Source of the DNA: Eledone cirrhosa
Taxonomy: Eukaryota
Reading direction: 5' to 3'
Length of the DNA: 64,000 nt
Assembly: GCA_964016885.1 (NCBI GenBank)
Contig: OZ024740.1
Span: 409,014,001-409,078,000 of the forward strand
This document shows positions 36,811-54,257 of this stretch, piece after piece. The notes beneath the pieces are model-generated. The model made no database searches, was not told the origin of the DNA, and was given only the letters and a program-made list of their open reading frames with translations. The translations under genes were made by a program, and so were the position numbers. Within the stretch, counting starts at the first letter, position 1. The number at the start of each line of letters is the position of its first letter.

Positions 36811-37463
36811 CCTTACATATATATATTCTTTATTAAGACCAAATTGAGTTTTCGTCATCCAATAAGACTTATGAATAAACAGGTGAAAATCCAGAACAAC
36901 AGGACTCGAAATTGGCCTCAAATGAAGAAAATATTAATCTCACTATGGGTTTGAGTACTCATTTTCAATATTCATATATATATATATCCTGAAGTATATA
37001 CCTAAAATAATCCTTGCTATAATAATATAATTGACTATGTTGAATTTTGTTGTCACTTTACTATGTTATATCAACACTTTTGTTTCTACTATACATATGA
37101 CCCATGCAATTTTCTTTTGTCTTCGATAAATTTAACATAGTCTTTTTCTGAACACTCTTGAGTAATCTAAACATAAAGAAAATTAATATCTTGTTTTCTC
37201 CCCACTCTTATCACTCCATTTTCTGGCACTATAACAATTATGGTTATAGTTTGTTAGTTTTACAATTACTAAGAGGGGTTGAAGGTGGAAATGTGAATTT
37301 ATGTTAGCTTGTTTCTGTTTGCTCTCTCTTGTTGAATGTATTCTTCAGCATGAAATAAGACAATCACAATTTATGGAAGTGATTTCTTCCCACCACTGAA
37401 GAAGTTGTCCACTCTGAATAAGTTGATACTAATATTTCTTGCAAGTTCTCTCTCTCTCTCTCT

Positions 37464-37498
<35 letters not shown>

Positions 37499-37835
37499 TA
37501 ATATTGTTTTTTATTTGCTTATTGTGAAATATTTCAAATATAGTTAGTTGTTTTGTTGTTTTCAATTTTATTTTTGTTTACTTTTGTTTTTTAATGTTTT
37601 ATTTTGCTTTCATTTTTAAAATTATTGTTATAATTAATTTTTTTTATTTTTATTTTTTTTTTTTTATTATTATTCATGAAGGGGAACACAAAAATTCATT
37701 CTGTATCAAAGCTAAATCTTTTATCTTGTTATTTCTAACAGATATTTTAAAATTGTAAAGAAATATTTTGTTATTGTATTGCAAGTGAAATTTTTTGTGT
37801 GTGTGTGTCATAAGTCCTCTTACATTATAATACAG

Positions 37836-38579
37836 AAAGAAGGGGATACATCACAACCCCCAACATCAGAGGCTTCTGTTCCTGCACGAACCACAACAGC
37901 ATCTACTTCTTCATCAGCTTCCCCTGCAGTGACATCTAATACCAATGACACACAGGCCCCCAATAACACTAGCCCAAGTGAACCTACCTGTTCTAACACC
38001 CCACAGAGCATGCCCCAATCACAGCAGTCTTCGCAACCATTGATGGAAGATATCAAAGTTCCTGCACCTTCTACAGGCACTGTGCCTCCACTGGCAGACT
38101 CTGCCACTGCCAGTAATCAACAAAATTCTGCTACTTCAGCTGCATCTACAACACCAATGTCATTTATGGAATCACCAATGGCAGCTAACTGCACAACTGA
38201 AAATTCTAAGAACCAGGAAGCTGCTGTATCACCAGCACCACCACCACCAACGTCGTCATTGCCACAGGTGTCCTCAGCTCTCCATCCTTCAGGTCAACTC
38301 CCCAACGAACACTCTTCTTTGCCAACTCCTGCAACTGATATGGCAAGAGACAACCAAAATCTAGATAAAAATGGAGGCGCTCCAACTACTAGTACTACAA
38401 CAACTACTACTACTATTATTACTACTACATGTGTTACTACTGCAGCTACTACCACTGCCAGCTCAATTGAAGGTGGTCATGCAGATAATACAGCCAATCG
38501 GGGCATACCTTCTGCAGTTAAACAGTTGCCCCCTTCTGGAACACCTGCAGCCCATCCTGCGGGGGACAGTTCATTGCAG
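37836..38579 (+). CDS. OXSR1: OSR1/SPAK-family kinase, 744-nt exon encoding a 248-aa S/T/P/A/Q-rich low-complexity linker (KEGDTSQPP...GDSSLQ), phase 0-0
   Basis: Stop-free, non-repeat island richer in GC than its flanks, within ORF 37779-38591; tacag| acceptor; CAG|gtgaga donor; phase 0 at both ends joins SPRVLNNIE to KPVEVPIGLVLRLR. Confidence 0.8.
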
Positions 38580-38669
38580 GTGAGAAACTAGGTACAAAAT
38601 AACTTAAATAAACAAAACAAAACAAAACGACTATAATTCAAACAATTGGTGATGATATAAGCAAAATAT

Positions 38670-41504
<2,835 letters not shown>

Positions 41505-41811
41505 CAGCTGAATACTTTTAAGATAGCTTCATAATTCTTTCAGTACTAATATTAACCCCCAAGTCTTCTAATTTTCTTCAGTTTAATTTACATAATACTT
41601 ATTCTTTAACAACTGTTAATTTAATATACTCCCCATTGTCCCCATTCTTCACCATTGCCCTGTCTTACTAACCTATAGTAGGTAGATGTTATTGAAGTTT
41701 TTTAAGCTCAGGGTTTGTATCAATTTGATATTTAATTTATATAAGTTAGTTTTATTAATCAAACTAGTTTTTATTTTAGTATGAATACATACATTTATAT
41801 ATATATATATA

Positions 41812-41862
41812 TAATGTATTGAGTACCTTACTTACTGTGGCTACCCCCGATCGAAACCGGGA

Positions 41863-41902
<40 letters not shown>

Positions 41903-41996
41903 TCCTGGGTTCGATCGGGGGTAGCCACAGTAAGGTACTCAATACATTAGTAGTGGCTTTGCTGATGATTTCCTTCAAATGAAACAGTTCTAGTCC
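41812..41996. repeat. Inverted repeat of about 50 bp around a (TA)n spacer, followed by a degenerate HHR-like core
   Basis: taatgtattgagtacctta..ctgtggctacccccgatcgaa is mirrored at 41899-41949; CTGATGA at 41962 and GAAA at 41981. Confidence 0.7.
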
Positions 41997-42023
41997 TGTA
42001 GAAACCATCTCTCTCTCTCTCTC

Positions 42024-42110
<87 letters not shown>

Positions 42111-42734
42111 TATTTCTGTATTCTTTAGACTTAGTATATTTAGACTTCCCTAATTGTTGCTTTGATTTTGTCTTGTGGAATACAAACAGTGAGATGTTTT
42201 CATCTTAGTGTAGCTTTCAAAGCTTTTCTTGTTTCAAACTTTTTGTGTGGCAGTAATCAGTTTTTACTGTCTGTTACCTCAATGTATATTGTATCTGTTG
42301 GGTAAATGTAGAGAGATATAATTATATATGTAAGTGGTTAGAGAATTGTATTCACAATCTTGAGGTTGTGATTTCTATTCCCAGACCAGGCACTGTGTTG
42401 TGTCCTTGAGCAAGAGACTTTATTTCACATTGCTCCTTCTGCCTAGATTTGTGACCGACAGATAGTATTATTAATTGGAAAGACCAATGGAGACTTTGTT
42501 TCCTCAGTCCAATTTGACGAGCTCCACCCTACTTGTTAAGAAAATGAGGTTTGGGATCTTGTCTATCGACTGTCAATATATATATATCTTCTATTTTAAC
42601 AACCCTGAAATACCTTGGCCAGGAATGTTCTTATGTTTAAGTAATCTATAAATGCTATATTTGTATTTGAATAGGAGCAGTATGGAAAGGGGATTCTTTA
42701 GTTGTATAAGTTTAAAGTATTTAATGACAAGTAT

Positions 42735-42962
42735 TTAACCCTTTAGCATTTAAACCGGCCATATCCGGCCAGAATTCTGTCACTTCTTTCTGTTCAAACT
42801 GGCCATAACTGGCCACTCATAATATCAAGGATAAGGTATTGTTCTCAAAATAAATATCAAAATCTCATAGATTCGATATTATGTGAGATATTATGTAAGA
42901 TAAAGCATTTACCACAAAAATACAATAGTATATAGAGAGTAATGTAAATGCTAAAGGGTTAA
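42735..42962 (-). mobile_element. TTAA-flanked MITE (piggyBac-type), TIR ccctttagcatt
   Basis: ttaa-ccctttagcattta ... taaatgctaaaggg-ttaa. Confidence 0.9.
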
Positions 42963-45116
42963 GAAAGAGATAGAAGATTGTTGCTTTTTTTTTTCCAAAC
43001 TTCTAAGAAATGGTAATGATATATTTTATTATTGCATCTTAAAGAATGGTATATATGTATGAAGTGTTATCAGAAAGTGTCTTCACTACACATGATTCAA
43101 TAGAAATGCTTGTGAAGCTAACTATCACTGTTAGCTAACCTACTGAGTCAGTCTACAAATAGGATTCATGCTATTTCGTTTTTTTTTTTTTTTTAATGAG
43201 ATTTTGTAATGTGTTAGAATGGCTCTGAAGTGGCTGTCAAGTTAGAGCAACAAATCTGCTACTGACACCCTTTGAAATGCTTTGTCAGTTTTTGGCAAAC
43301 AGATTTTTGAATGGCACTCACATTCCAAGGTCAGTTTAAGATGTATTTAGAATGACTATTCACAAGTAAAATACTAGAAAGCTGAAAAAAAAAAAATATT
43401 TGTGAACTCATCCAGAGGGACTATCACCAAGCAATCCTATCACATTTAGAATCAGTTATGGAGTTTGCCAGGAAATTCTCTTGGAAAACCTCAACATACA
43501 TTATATTACTGTAAAGTTTCTCTCCCAGCTCTTGACACTTGTTTCATCTCTAAAATTACTATGAGCAATGGAAGTTGGGTTTGTTTCTATGATTTGGATG
43601 GCCCTTAAGAAAAGGTCTTTCATGATGCTTTTAAGGTGTGGAAGATGTGCTGGAATTTCTGTATACATTCCTAAGTGGACTATCGTAAGAGGCTAGTTGA
43701 ATTCCATTTTAAGATAGGGCTTAGGGTAATCATCTCTATCAAAATTCCAGAAGCTCAAAAAACTTTTCAAGGGATAGTACTTAAATCATCATTATCACCA
43801 CCATTTTACATCCATTTTCTATGCTGGCACGGGTTGCGAAATACATTATTTACTGGAATACTGATGTACTTTATTTAAGGCTGATCCAGGAACTTATTGG
43901 GTGGATGTGGTGTTGGAACAATAAGGATAGCAGATTCAATAGTGTATCTTTTTGGCGATCTTTTACATTCTTAGTGTAAGTCACCCAGGTTTGTCTTTCA
44001 TCTTTCTATGGTTGATCAGATAATTACCAGTCAAGTACCAGGGTTGACTATAACTTTAAATGCAGCACCTCAGTATAGCCCCAGTCTTATAATTGAAAAC
44101 AACAGAAAACAAAAACAATCTTTAAAAAAGAAAGGAAGATTTTAATGTAAATTTATCATTGATATCATCAGTAAAGGACTCAATGTGTTGGTTTCTTTTT
44201 ATTATACAGTTATAAAAGCCTTCTCAACTTTGAGTGACAAGTTTTTGTTTTGAAAGTAGGAATAAATTATAATCATCAAAGTTGAAATTGTAAAGGAAGT
44301 CATGACCAATATTTGGCTGAAAGGAAGTCAGATAGGATTGTTAATGGTGACCCTCTGACAAAACACACGGATGATGACATAGTCTTCTTATTTTACCTCT
44401 GTCTATTCCAGTTTTCTGCAGTGAGGCCGTCAGATATTTACATCTCATTTGCTATCTGTGTTATGTTCTTCTCGAAAGTCCTTTACATGAAACTAGTTTT
44501 GTCAATTTATATAACCAATAACCATTATTTACATTAGAATTTTTTTTAAATATCTAAACAGACAAACAAAAACAAAGGAAAAAAATGAAACCCCAAATAT
44601 AGTCTTAATACACGATTTTGTATATCATGAGATAATGGTCGAAGCATTTTCAAATGGGAACTTCAATCTAATATCATCACTTGTTAGCATTCCAAGAATA
44701 TTAGTATTTTATCATAATGTCTTGTACCACATGAAACTGCTCTGCAACGCATTCTTGAAAAGTACAAAACAACACTATGACTGCACGGTCTTAAAAATTG
44801 AAGTCTTTACTCTAATACTGCAAATATTCGCAACAATCTGTCCACTAGTAAAGATACTACAAACATTTGAATTAACAAACCAACTTTTAAAATATTTTCT
44901 GCTAAATCATTATAAGATGTTAAGAGTTTACTGCAATTCCTTGGAAAGATAATGGTACTGACTATGTCATTCAGAGTACTGAAACACTTTCTAATTTGGC
45001 TTTCAATAATCTACTTAATGGCTATAAAACAACCTCTTTGATGAAGAAAACAGAACAAAAAGCAATAAAATGAAGAAGAAATGTTTGCAAGTGATTTTAA
45101 AATATTGTGTGTGTGT

Positions 45117-45176
<60 letters not shown>

Positions 45177-46215
45177 TATATGCATGTCTTTATGAATGTA
45201 TATTTATGTATGTGTGTGTATTATTTTCGGTATCTTTTATTTCAGAATATGTATTGCTTAAAACACTGCGATGAATTTTAGGAGTACATAATCACAAAGT
45301 ATCTTTTATGGCACGTTAAAGATTCAAAGGGAATTTTCTTGACTGATTTAACATTGGAAATGTTTAAAATTTAGTTTTGTCTCTATATGATATTTCTGAA
45401 AGAGTGGAAAGTAGTGAAGTGTAAAAAGAATATTGGTGGCATATCATTTGCAGTGAAAAAACAAAACAAAAAAAAAACAAAAGTCAAGACATAAATAAAA
45501 AGGAAAGGAGAGAAAAAGAGAGTGCACCTATGAAATGGTGATTTTGAGTTGTTTCCTTTATAAACTTCTTAAACTAAAACATGAGCTCCAGCCAAGCTTG
45601 TCTACATTTGCATATACTTTATATAAATATTTTTACCCTTTGTTAATATATTATTTTAAATAGATTTTTTTTTTTTCAAAAAGTTTTCCTATTTCCTTTT
45701 AGGGAGTTTATTAAGTCAAGCAAAAATGTTCACTCCTGCAAATATGTTCTTGGAGATTAGTTTGAAAATTAGCTAAAAGGATAAATAAAAACAATAGAAA
45801 AAGAGTAGCTAACAAAATTTGAAATTAGAAATAAGTATTGTTAAAACGGATAACTGTTTGAGAATATTCCACAGGATTCTGTAGATAGTCACCTCCCATA
45901 GGTTATGTTGAAGTAGAGTGGATCTACTGTAATCAGTCACCAAACTATATTGTCAGTACCATATTAATTCAACCAATAAGATTAGCTTGGGATTTAAAGG
46001 CACCATAAGAAACAATTAGGAATTAGGAATTACATGTTTTAGTTATGGTGAGAATTTGATTATTGTATTTGTGATAACACAGATAAAGTTTTTACTATTC
46101 ATTGGATTAAATAGTTTAAAAGGTGTTCTTTCTATCTGAAGCAAGAAAAGAAATGTAGTAAGAATTTTTTTAAATAGTTTGTATCTAATTAACAGACATA
46201 GTATATAGGGTTCTG

Positions 46216-47007
<792 letters not shown>

Positions 47008-48825
47008 TTATTTTTCATTTGACCATTAATACTCCCTAGATTAATTAATATATTTAGATGATAGTTTTGATCAAGTTATACATAATTGTATGAGATAGTT
47101 TAATTTTTATTAATATGCCCCCTCCCCCATTATTTGATTATAATTCTTTATTTCTTTTAGTTCGGGGTATCCTTTAAAATTGACAAATTCTTTAATTACC
47201 CCCCCCCCCCCAAAAAAAAAACCTAATACCTTGCTTTTCCTAACAATGTCTCCTCCCTTCCATATCTATTTCTTTTGCTATATCCTTCATTCCCATTTTG
47301 AAACCCTTTTTAATTATCACTATTTCAGTTTGCTTCTATCATTATCATTGTTAATCACCTTATTGCAAGCATCGCTGCTGGCTGAAATGCCTTCCACTGC
47401 GCTGCCAAGCAATATACCAACAACAATTGCTAAACCTTTGCTGCTTATATATATATATGCCTTATCACACACTGTTTATGCAATTGTTCTGTTATAGTTT
47501 TGTTTTGTTTTGTTTTGTTTTTAAATATTATTGTTTATTATGTTTCTTAATTATATTTCTTCTTTCCTCCTGGTTACTTGTTGCTAGAAATCCACTGTGG
47601 TGTTAACCAACTCATGTTATTATAACTGCTGTGGAAGTTGGGGTGACTCTCAAGGTTGGGATTTTTGTCGAAGCAGTTTATTCACACACACAGATATACA
47701 TACACACATTTACACAAGAATGTCAATTTTTCAAGCACTTGTTTTCAAGACACTCATTATTTAATTTCTTACTGATATTTATGCTTGTCAGAGACCTGTA
47801 GCTGGTATTTATTAGAACAAGTATTATTTATTGCTTTACAGAAGTGTCATTATCTTGTGACAACAAATGGAGCTGCAGACCTAGTTTTTTTAGCCTGAAT
47901 CCAATCCTATTTGGAGCCATTTTTATTTGAAAAATCAGTTTGAAATTAGTGGTGAGCCTTTATTTGAAAGAGGGTGTGAGGACACAGAGACATATAAATA
48001 ACAACAATAAACAAGAACAATTAGTTAAGTTAGTGTTAACATATTTAATACAAGGAACATTGAAAAACTAATGAGAAATACATATATTGGAGTTAGATTA
48101 GCATTTTCAGATGTAATTCTATGTTTTTCCTTAGTATTTGTATCTTAGTTATTTTATAACCAAATTGAACGATATAGTTGATGAGATCAATGTTATAGTA
48201 ATACATTTACACTGTAAAGTTGATGATCAAAGTGAGACAACAAAGGGTAGAGATAACCTTTTGCTATTGTTGGTGATTTGCACAGATAAAATGCACCCAG
48301 TAGACTCCGTAAATGGTTGGCAATTGAATAGAATCATGACAATTTTTTTAATGCTGGTATCATAAAATGGATCCAGTATACTCTGTAAAATGATAGTGCT
48401 GGTGCCATGATAAAATGCATACAGTACAATCTGTAAAATGCACCCAGTACAATCTGTAAAGTGGCTAGCATTAAGAAGGGTGCGTAGCTGTAGAAACCAT
48501 GCCAGAATATGGAATGTATGTGCAATATGTAGTTCTCCAACTTTAGTTTCAGATCATGCCGACGTGTCAGCATGGAAAATGGACATATGATAATGATGGT
48601 GCAGTGACTATATTTTCATGCAAGTGCTAATGCCCAATCAATTGACTTTTGTGGGGCAGAAAGCAGCTTTGGGCTTATATAAAACTGTTATCCATTCTAA
48701 TATAGGAACTAATTATGTGATGGCCTGCAGCTGCAGCAGTCTCTAGTGTTCTTGACCTTGATATAAACCTCTCTTACACAAGACAAATCTAACTTCAGTT
48801 GTTAAATCTTAACTGAAGGGTATGC

Positions 48826-48995
48826 TTAACCCTTTAGGATTTACATTACTCTATATATACTATTGTATTTTCACAGTAAACACTTTATCTCAGAGAATAT
48901 CGAATCTATGATATTTTGAGAACAATACTTTAACACAAGTATGAACAGCCCGTTACAACCGGTTTGAACAGCTGGTTTAAATGCTAAAGGGTTAA
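48826..48995 (+). mobile_element. TTAA-flanked MITE, same family
   Basis: Same TIRs and internal sequence, with deletions. Confidence 0.85.
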
Positions 48996-51900
48996 AAGTA
49001 AAAAATAGAGTACCTGATGCAGTAATAGACAGTTGATACACAGTATAGGTAAATGTCTAAGCAATACCAAAAATATTTTCACTTTAAGCTCTTATTTTAC
49101 GGGGTACACTATTTAATACAGATTTACACTCTAAATTTGTTAACCTTTTTATTAGTTTGATAATTGTTATTTTAAGTGATAAATAGTGATACTGTGAGGA
49201 CCTTTTAGAATTTTTTGAAAAGTCTGCCAAAGAGGAATTTTAAAATCATGGTTGTCTTGAAAACTGCTTTTTACCATTTGTTTGCTAAAGCCATCATTGA
49301 GGTTCACTGTATGATGAAGACAAAAACCATTTGCTGCTTTGGGAAGACATCATTCTCTTCTGCCTGTTTATTGGTAAACTAGTGCCTAAGCCAAACTGTA
49401 AGTACAAGAGGAATGATGGTCTCTGGAAGTTGTAGAATTGGATGAATTAACATGTCTGTTGATGAGCATATGTTTATAGTAATAGTTTAATATTTATTCA
49501 TTATGTTCTTTTAAATGTATGTGTTAGAAACTTCAATTACTATGTTAAACTTATCAGCTTCTTATGAATCATTATAATTAATATTTGTTGACATTGTTTC
49601 TGTTAATCCTATTATGTCACTTTCTATTTATCATTTCATTGCTTTACAAAGAGTAATTGTTTCTATATTGTGGCAGAATTCCTTAATGAAACAAACATTA
49701 ACATTTATTCATACTACTACACTGTCTACTCCTTATCAGTTATGACCAATATGAGCAAATTAAAGTTAGCATATATCAATATGCTAAACACAATGTTATT
49801 GTTTTAATCCCTTAAGTCACATAAAGCTAAATGAAGGTAGAGATGTCTTAACATGGTCTGCACAATGATACGGATGTACAGACACATGCATTTCTATTAG
49901 TTGAATATTGATGACTAGATCACAAGATAAAATGATGCTGTCATCCTTAGGAACTGAGTTACATTACTATGCATCAAAAGATAAATTAAGCTCATTTGAT
50001 AAATGAAAATAATAAGTAGCAGATAAAGTACTGAGGGTTGTTATTGACTGAATCTCTTGAAGGCGCTGTACCAGTGTTGCCACAATCTGATAACTGAAAC
50101 TAGTAAATGATTACAGTTAACTTTTGATAAACTAAGCTGGAGATTCTGTTTTACACTGAGTGTTACTGTCAACTTATAAAGTATTTTGATTATATTGGAT
50201 AAGTCATTTTAACTTTAACAGTTGAAGCAGTTGTGACCTATTAGCATTTTGGTAGAGAAACTCTATTTTTACTCTTTAAATACAGTTAAGACAGATATAA
50301 AGAAGTAACTGAATTTATACATACCAGGAATGTGGCACAAGTATATTTCAACATGCATATCTATATTCAATAAGAGAGCATCTATATGATTTTTGACTTT
50401 CTAGTAATAGCAGCCAAAATCCATGTGGTTAAGAAATTTACTTTACAATTACATGCTCCTGCTGTGTAAAACTTTAGGATATCATCTACCATAACCTCAG
50501 CTTAAGCAAACAAAAACTATGCAAAAGCCTATCATGTTCACACATGCATATACACACACATATGTATGTGTGTAAGTGCAAACAAGAGAAGTAGTACTTA
50601 ATGTATGTAGTAGAGCATATTTATTCATTTGAAGCTGATGATTCACTTCATCACTATTCTGATTCTCACTTTGTACAACCCTTCAGGCAACAAATACATA
50701 AGTCTGTGTGTCAGCAAAAAATATACATAATAAATGACAAAGTACTTTGTGATATTTTACTTGAGTTACACTCCCTTGCCATTTCAAATGCAATGAACCA
50801 GTGATTGGCCTATCGGACACCAACAGCTTATGCCTCTGTTGTTCACAAATGTATATTATATAATTTAGAAAAGAAATACCCCCTCAAATCATACCCTGCA
50901 GTATCAGAGTATCATCTTATATCTTTAAAAAGGAAGATCACATTGGAGGATGATGGTGGCGATGATGATGATCATCATTTTTTGTATGCTTGCATGGGTT
51001 GGACAAGATCTCTTGTAGTAGGTTTTCTGTGGCTCTATGCCATTCTTGGCATCAACCCATATATTATTTTCAGTATGGTACATATGCCATTGACAATCAT
51101 CGAGTCACTATGTTGTTCGATGTATGTGTGATATAAACAATGCCATAGCAGTCTTGATGTAGATACCACCCATCACCTTTCCTTTATGTTGATAATCTGC
51201 CATTTCACACTAAATATCGATTCTGAAAGAATTTTGTGAAAAATTTAATATAATTTCTTTTGAAGAAAGATATAAATCTTGATTTTTTTTTTTTTAAAAC
51301 AAAGTGAACACATTTTTCAATTTGTTACATTAACAGAAACAATGTCAACATTTATTGTTACCATGTTTTATTGTTGCTCTGTAAGATGTTTCATTTCAAG
51401 TCAGTGTTGTCTCCAAGATTTAAGTGACTGAACAACCAGCCAATAAGTACATGCTGCTACTATTATTTGGAAATTGCTTCATAGTTTAATCCTCTTGGTG
51501 CTGTGGGCAACAGAAGTTGCCAATAAAATAATCTCCCCTTAATACATAACACAGTGTCAAGGGAAGCAATTCATTAAAAAAAATTCAGCCTCCTAAAGGT
51601 TAAGGTGCTAGATCTAGTTCTGTTAGTCAAATTATTCCTTTTTGTCTTATATGTATCTACATGAAATGATATGTTGACTTAAATCATAATTACTGTTAGA
51701 TTATTGCCTCATTGTACATTAGTTGAGTTTGTTTCCTCTTGCCCATCTGAAGATGAATGTAACTTATACTTTGTAACTTCACAGTTGTATAAGATATGCT
51801 TCAAGGATTTGAATTTTCTAAACCAAATAACCATTGCTAGCATGGACGACTAGATATAAGGAACTAAAGAAATGTTTATAAAATACAGTTTTCCCAACCA

Positions 51901-52132
51901 GAAATACATGTCTTTCAGCATAAATATATAGAGCCGACTTATAGACAGAACATTCTGATCATGCAATCTGATTAAATATTTGAGAAACTCTAGAGTCTTA
52001 TCGTATACTTTTTTGCCTATTCAAGTTTATAAAGGAAACTTTTGTTATAGATTTGTATTATGTCCAGTCTTTGGCAGTGTGGGTTGAAAAGCATTAGTAC
52101 AGGGTGCAATTAATTGAATACTCATTTAGACA

Positions 52133-52359
52133 TTAACCCTTTAGCATTCACATTACTCCATGTATACTATTGTATTTTCGCAGTAAAGGCTTTGTCACAT
52201 AATTATTCACATCGAATCTATGGGATTTTCATGATGTTATTATTTACTTTGAAAATAAAACCTTAACACCAGTATGAGTGGCTAGTTACGGCCGGTTTGA
52301 ACAGAAAGAGGTGAGAGAATTCTGGCTGGATATAGCCAGTTTAAATGCTAAAGGGTTAA
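52133..52359 (+). mobile_element. TTAA-flanked MITE, same family
   Basis: Same TIRs; TTAA on both sides. Confidence 0.9.
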
Positions 52360-53346
52360 AAGATATTTCTAACTATATATACACATATAAAAATGAGAAA
52401 ACTCACCACTAGAACAACTGTTAAAACAGCTAAAACAGCTAAAACAGCTAAATGCTGTCAAAGACCAATGAACAAAAATACTTCAGAAGACAGAGATCAG
52501 CAGCCACTGGTCAACAATGAGACAATCCACTAACTATATATATTTTTAAATATGTTATGTTACTCAATAATTATTTGTCATCATTAACTTAGATCATTCC
52601 ATCTAGATCTGTTCTGTTACTTCTCCTTATCTACTTAAATTTGCCAGTTGAAATAGTTTTCATTCAGAATGCTTACATAATTCTTGCATTAGAATGAAAA
52701 AATGTTGTTTTTGTTTTTGCCATGTGAGGTTTAAATAGAATTAAATATAAGCCTGTGAAGAGTAAGAAACATTTTTATTAGGAATGGAATGTGGTACATG
52801 CAATTCCAAAAATCCAATCTACATCAATATGTGACAGCTAATTAATATTTAGTTAACCCTTTGAAATCAACCTGCCCTAGACTGTTTCTTTTTCTTTGAT
52901 ACAAAACTACCAGTTTTAAAGTGTTTGTATCTAAATGAAAGTTTTCCATTATAATTTCATACCAGCTTTATAATGAAAAGGTTCTTTTTACTAAATCCCT
53001 CCAAATTCTTAATTATTTTCAAAATTAATTGAAATCAGAATTATGGTTTTTAAAACCAAGCAATATACTAAAGATGTAATTGATTTCCATATTGAAGTGT
53101 GGAACTGTGAATCTCATAAACTAAGTAGCCATGAGGGACCTCACTTATGGAAAAATGGAACTCAACACCAGAAGCTAACCAAATAGTTGTCAGTTTTACA
53201 ATACTGCTGTACTATTTTATATTACAAAAGGAGACTGCTGTTTGAGAGTCATATAACCAGAGACAACACATTACTAGTGATAGGATAGAAATTTCAGGGG
53301 AGGATCTTACAATAGTAAAATTTGTAGTTGATTTAGAGGGAAGAGG

Positions 53347-53418
<72 letters not shown>

Positions 53419-53612
53419 TCGTAATATTGAAAGGAATGTCCAATTGTGTCTTTGAGAGAAGATTCATTTGTGTCAGTCAGTTTTACTGGGAAACGATTAT
53501 CACTTTTTCAAATTTTGGTTGTTTGTGTTAGGAAGAGTGTTCAGCCCCGAAACATTTACTTCTGGAGTTTGTGTTGAATATTTAAATATACAGAACTATT
53601 CAACAGCTTATG

Positions 53613-53818
53613 TTAGCCCTTTAGCATTTATATTACTCTATATGCACCATTGTATTTTTGTGGTAAAGGCCTTATCTCACATAATATTGAATCTATAAGA
53701 TTTTGATATTATTTATTTTGAGAACAATATCTTAACATCAATATGAGCAGCCAGTTTGAATAGAAAGAGGTGAGAGAATCCTGGCCGGATTCAGCCGGTT
53801 TAAATGCTAAAGGGTTAA
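53613..53818 (+). mobile_element. TTAA-flanked MITE, same family
   Basis: Same TIRs; left target duplication reads TTAG. Confidence 0.85.
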
Positions 53819-54216
53819 TCTCCCCACCCTAAAAAAAAAAGTATAAGAACTTATTTATGGAAAATATGGGTGGCACAGAAAATATTTTAAAGAAAAAAAA
53901 TGTATATATTATTTTCAAATGTAGAACCATTGAGCATAACACATAATATTCATACAATAGTTAAGCATAAGCTCAACTGTGGAAAAAATAATGAGATGAG
54001 CAACATTGCATTTATTTGAGAAATCTTGGAGAAATATTGACTTGTATTATTTCTGTTTCATTTTCAATATTTCATGTAAATGCAGCTACATGAATTCTAT
54101 CAAGTAATGATTGTTTAACTGTTATTGTTTTTTCCACAGTTTTTATAGCACTACTTGTGGTGCTATTTCATATATATTATGTACTGTTCTCACATATTTC
54201 TTACCTTTGTTGCTAG

Positions 54217-54257
54217 AAACCAGTAGAGGTACCAATTGGACTGGTCTTGCGATTAAG
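54217..54257 (+). CDS. OXSR1: OSR1/SPAK CCT-domain exon (KPVEVPIGLVLRLR), phase 0-2
   Basis: ttgttgctag acceptor; AAG|gttagt donor; matches KIPISLVLRLR recalled from OXSR1. Confidence 0.92.

Noticed and set aside
37779-37835. Start of ORF 37779-38591 as a standalone gene
   Set aside because: The first 19 codons are intronic and begin at a TTG; splice sites and phase place the rest as an internal kinase exon.
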